A stretch of 64,000 nucleotides of DNA from contig JBNZDD010013687.1 in assembly GCA_050575255.1 (NCBI GenBank), positions 661,024 to 725,023 on the forward strand, written 5' to 3'. How positions within the stretch are numbered: the first letter of the stretch is position 1; each line of letters starts with the position of its first letter. The DNA comes from Harriotta raleighana. Taxonomy: Eukaryota. Both the position numbers and the translations under genes were made by a program. Below, piece after piece: positions 62,899-64,000 of this stretch. The notes under the pieces are model-generated. The model worked only from the letters and a program-made list of their open reading frames with translations, was not told where the DNA came from and made no database searches.

Positions 62899-64000
62899 GA
62901 TACGTGGAAACCCATCACCATGTCGGAGAGGAAACAAACGAGACTGAGAGTCCTACATATGTGTACTCACATATGGACCCACTTTCACAAAGGAGCATGA
63001 ACGGAGAACAATGAAAACCAAAGAGCAATGACTGAGTGCTGAAAATAACCAATGAATGGAGAAGGCATGGTGCAACCCATACTTTATGATGAGGGTTACT
63101 GTGGATTATTTTCTATAGTCTCTTTCATTCATTGCACAGTACATCTGGAAAGCACCAAACAATAACAGCAATGGATTATGTTTGCTATTTTAGCTAAAAT
63201 ACAGTGACACTATAGTGACAATAAACCTGTCAAGTGTGAAATAAAACCAGTTTCTTGTTATGTATTTCTCTCTGTGTTTTGTACATAAAGTAAAGAATTT
63301 GCCACTGGGTCTGGCTTGCAATTTGATAGGTTTCTTATGCTCCCACAGCATGTTTATCATGTTTCCAGGGCATACGTTTGCAATGAGTTTATTCCAAACC
63401 ATACACCGCCCACTCCACCCTGTAAAAAAAACAGTGGGATGGCATCTGATTTGTAGATTATTCGCTATTTTTCTTTGTGGTTTCCTGGATACTCTTATGT
63501 ATGGAACATTTGCAACAGCCAATTTAATCTGTCTCATGGCCATAGCACCAATCCTGGCATTGTTATGAAACCACAGAAAAGCTGGAAGGAGTGGAAATTG
63601 CTGGCAGTCTTGAGGAAGATGGATTAGCTGTTTACAGGGATTTTTAAAGTGAAAATTATTGTTTTGGGATGGGTACAGTAGAGGAGCATAGGTTTCCCCA
63701 CAAATAAGCTTCTGGCCTAAGCCATGCCATTTCAGAGAGCTGTTAAACGCAAATTCAAGTACTTCCTCACGAGGAGGTAAGCAATGTCACCTTGGGCTCC
63801 TCTTGGGTACTTCCTAGTGACTAATTACAGGTTAGCAATGGTAAAGGTACCTGTTTTAGTCAGTCCATGTAGCATTGTTTTCAGTTAGTCGTGTGTATAG
63901 CACATTCAAAACTTATCACCATACATAAGGGTATTCAAACCAGACTAAGAGCTCCACATATGTATGGTACACACACCTGGACGTTTCCCTGTATGTCCTC

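Noticed and set aside
6-63568. Remaining ORFs of 60-130 aa
   Set aside because: No recognisable domains; lengths are consistent with chance in non-coding DNA. Several are SINE translations ending in KCKDYY.
1-64000. CRISPR array, operon or other prokaryotic system
   Set aside because: Vertebrate repeat landscape, no gene-dense coding sequence and no regularly spaced repeat-spacer array.

Overview
This is eukaryotic, AT-rich, non-coding DNA (a large intron or gene desert). The repeat complement points to a cartilaginous fish, probably a chimaera such as Callorhinchus; this is inferred from repeat families only. I recognise no host protein-coding gene. The ORF track is mostly noise, apart from L2-clade LINE ORF2 remnants. 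The window holds five near full-length copies of a young tRNA-derived SINE, older DeuSINE/SacSINE-like copies, L2 and CR1 LINE fragments, two Tigger-like MITEs, several stretches resembling conserved non-coding elements, and a few + strand exon-like segments. The main unexplained structure is a recurring architecture of sequence-unrelated inverted duplications: 77-87 bp arms around 260-400 bp spacers at about 3.4, 8.9 and 26.8 kb, with shorter cases at 28.9 kb and 55.7/57.2 kb. Also notable are two exact 18-19 bp direct repeats around unannotated segments and an apparent excess of TACAGTA/TACTGTA, the Tc1/mariner excision-footprint heptamer. All alignments and counts were done by eye.
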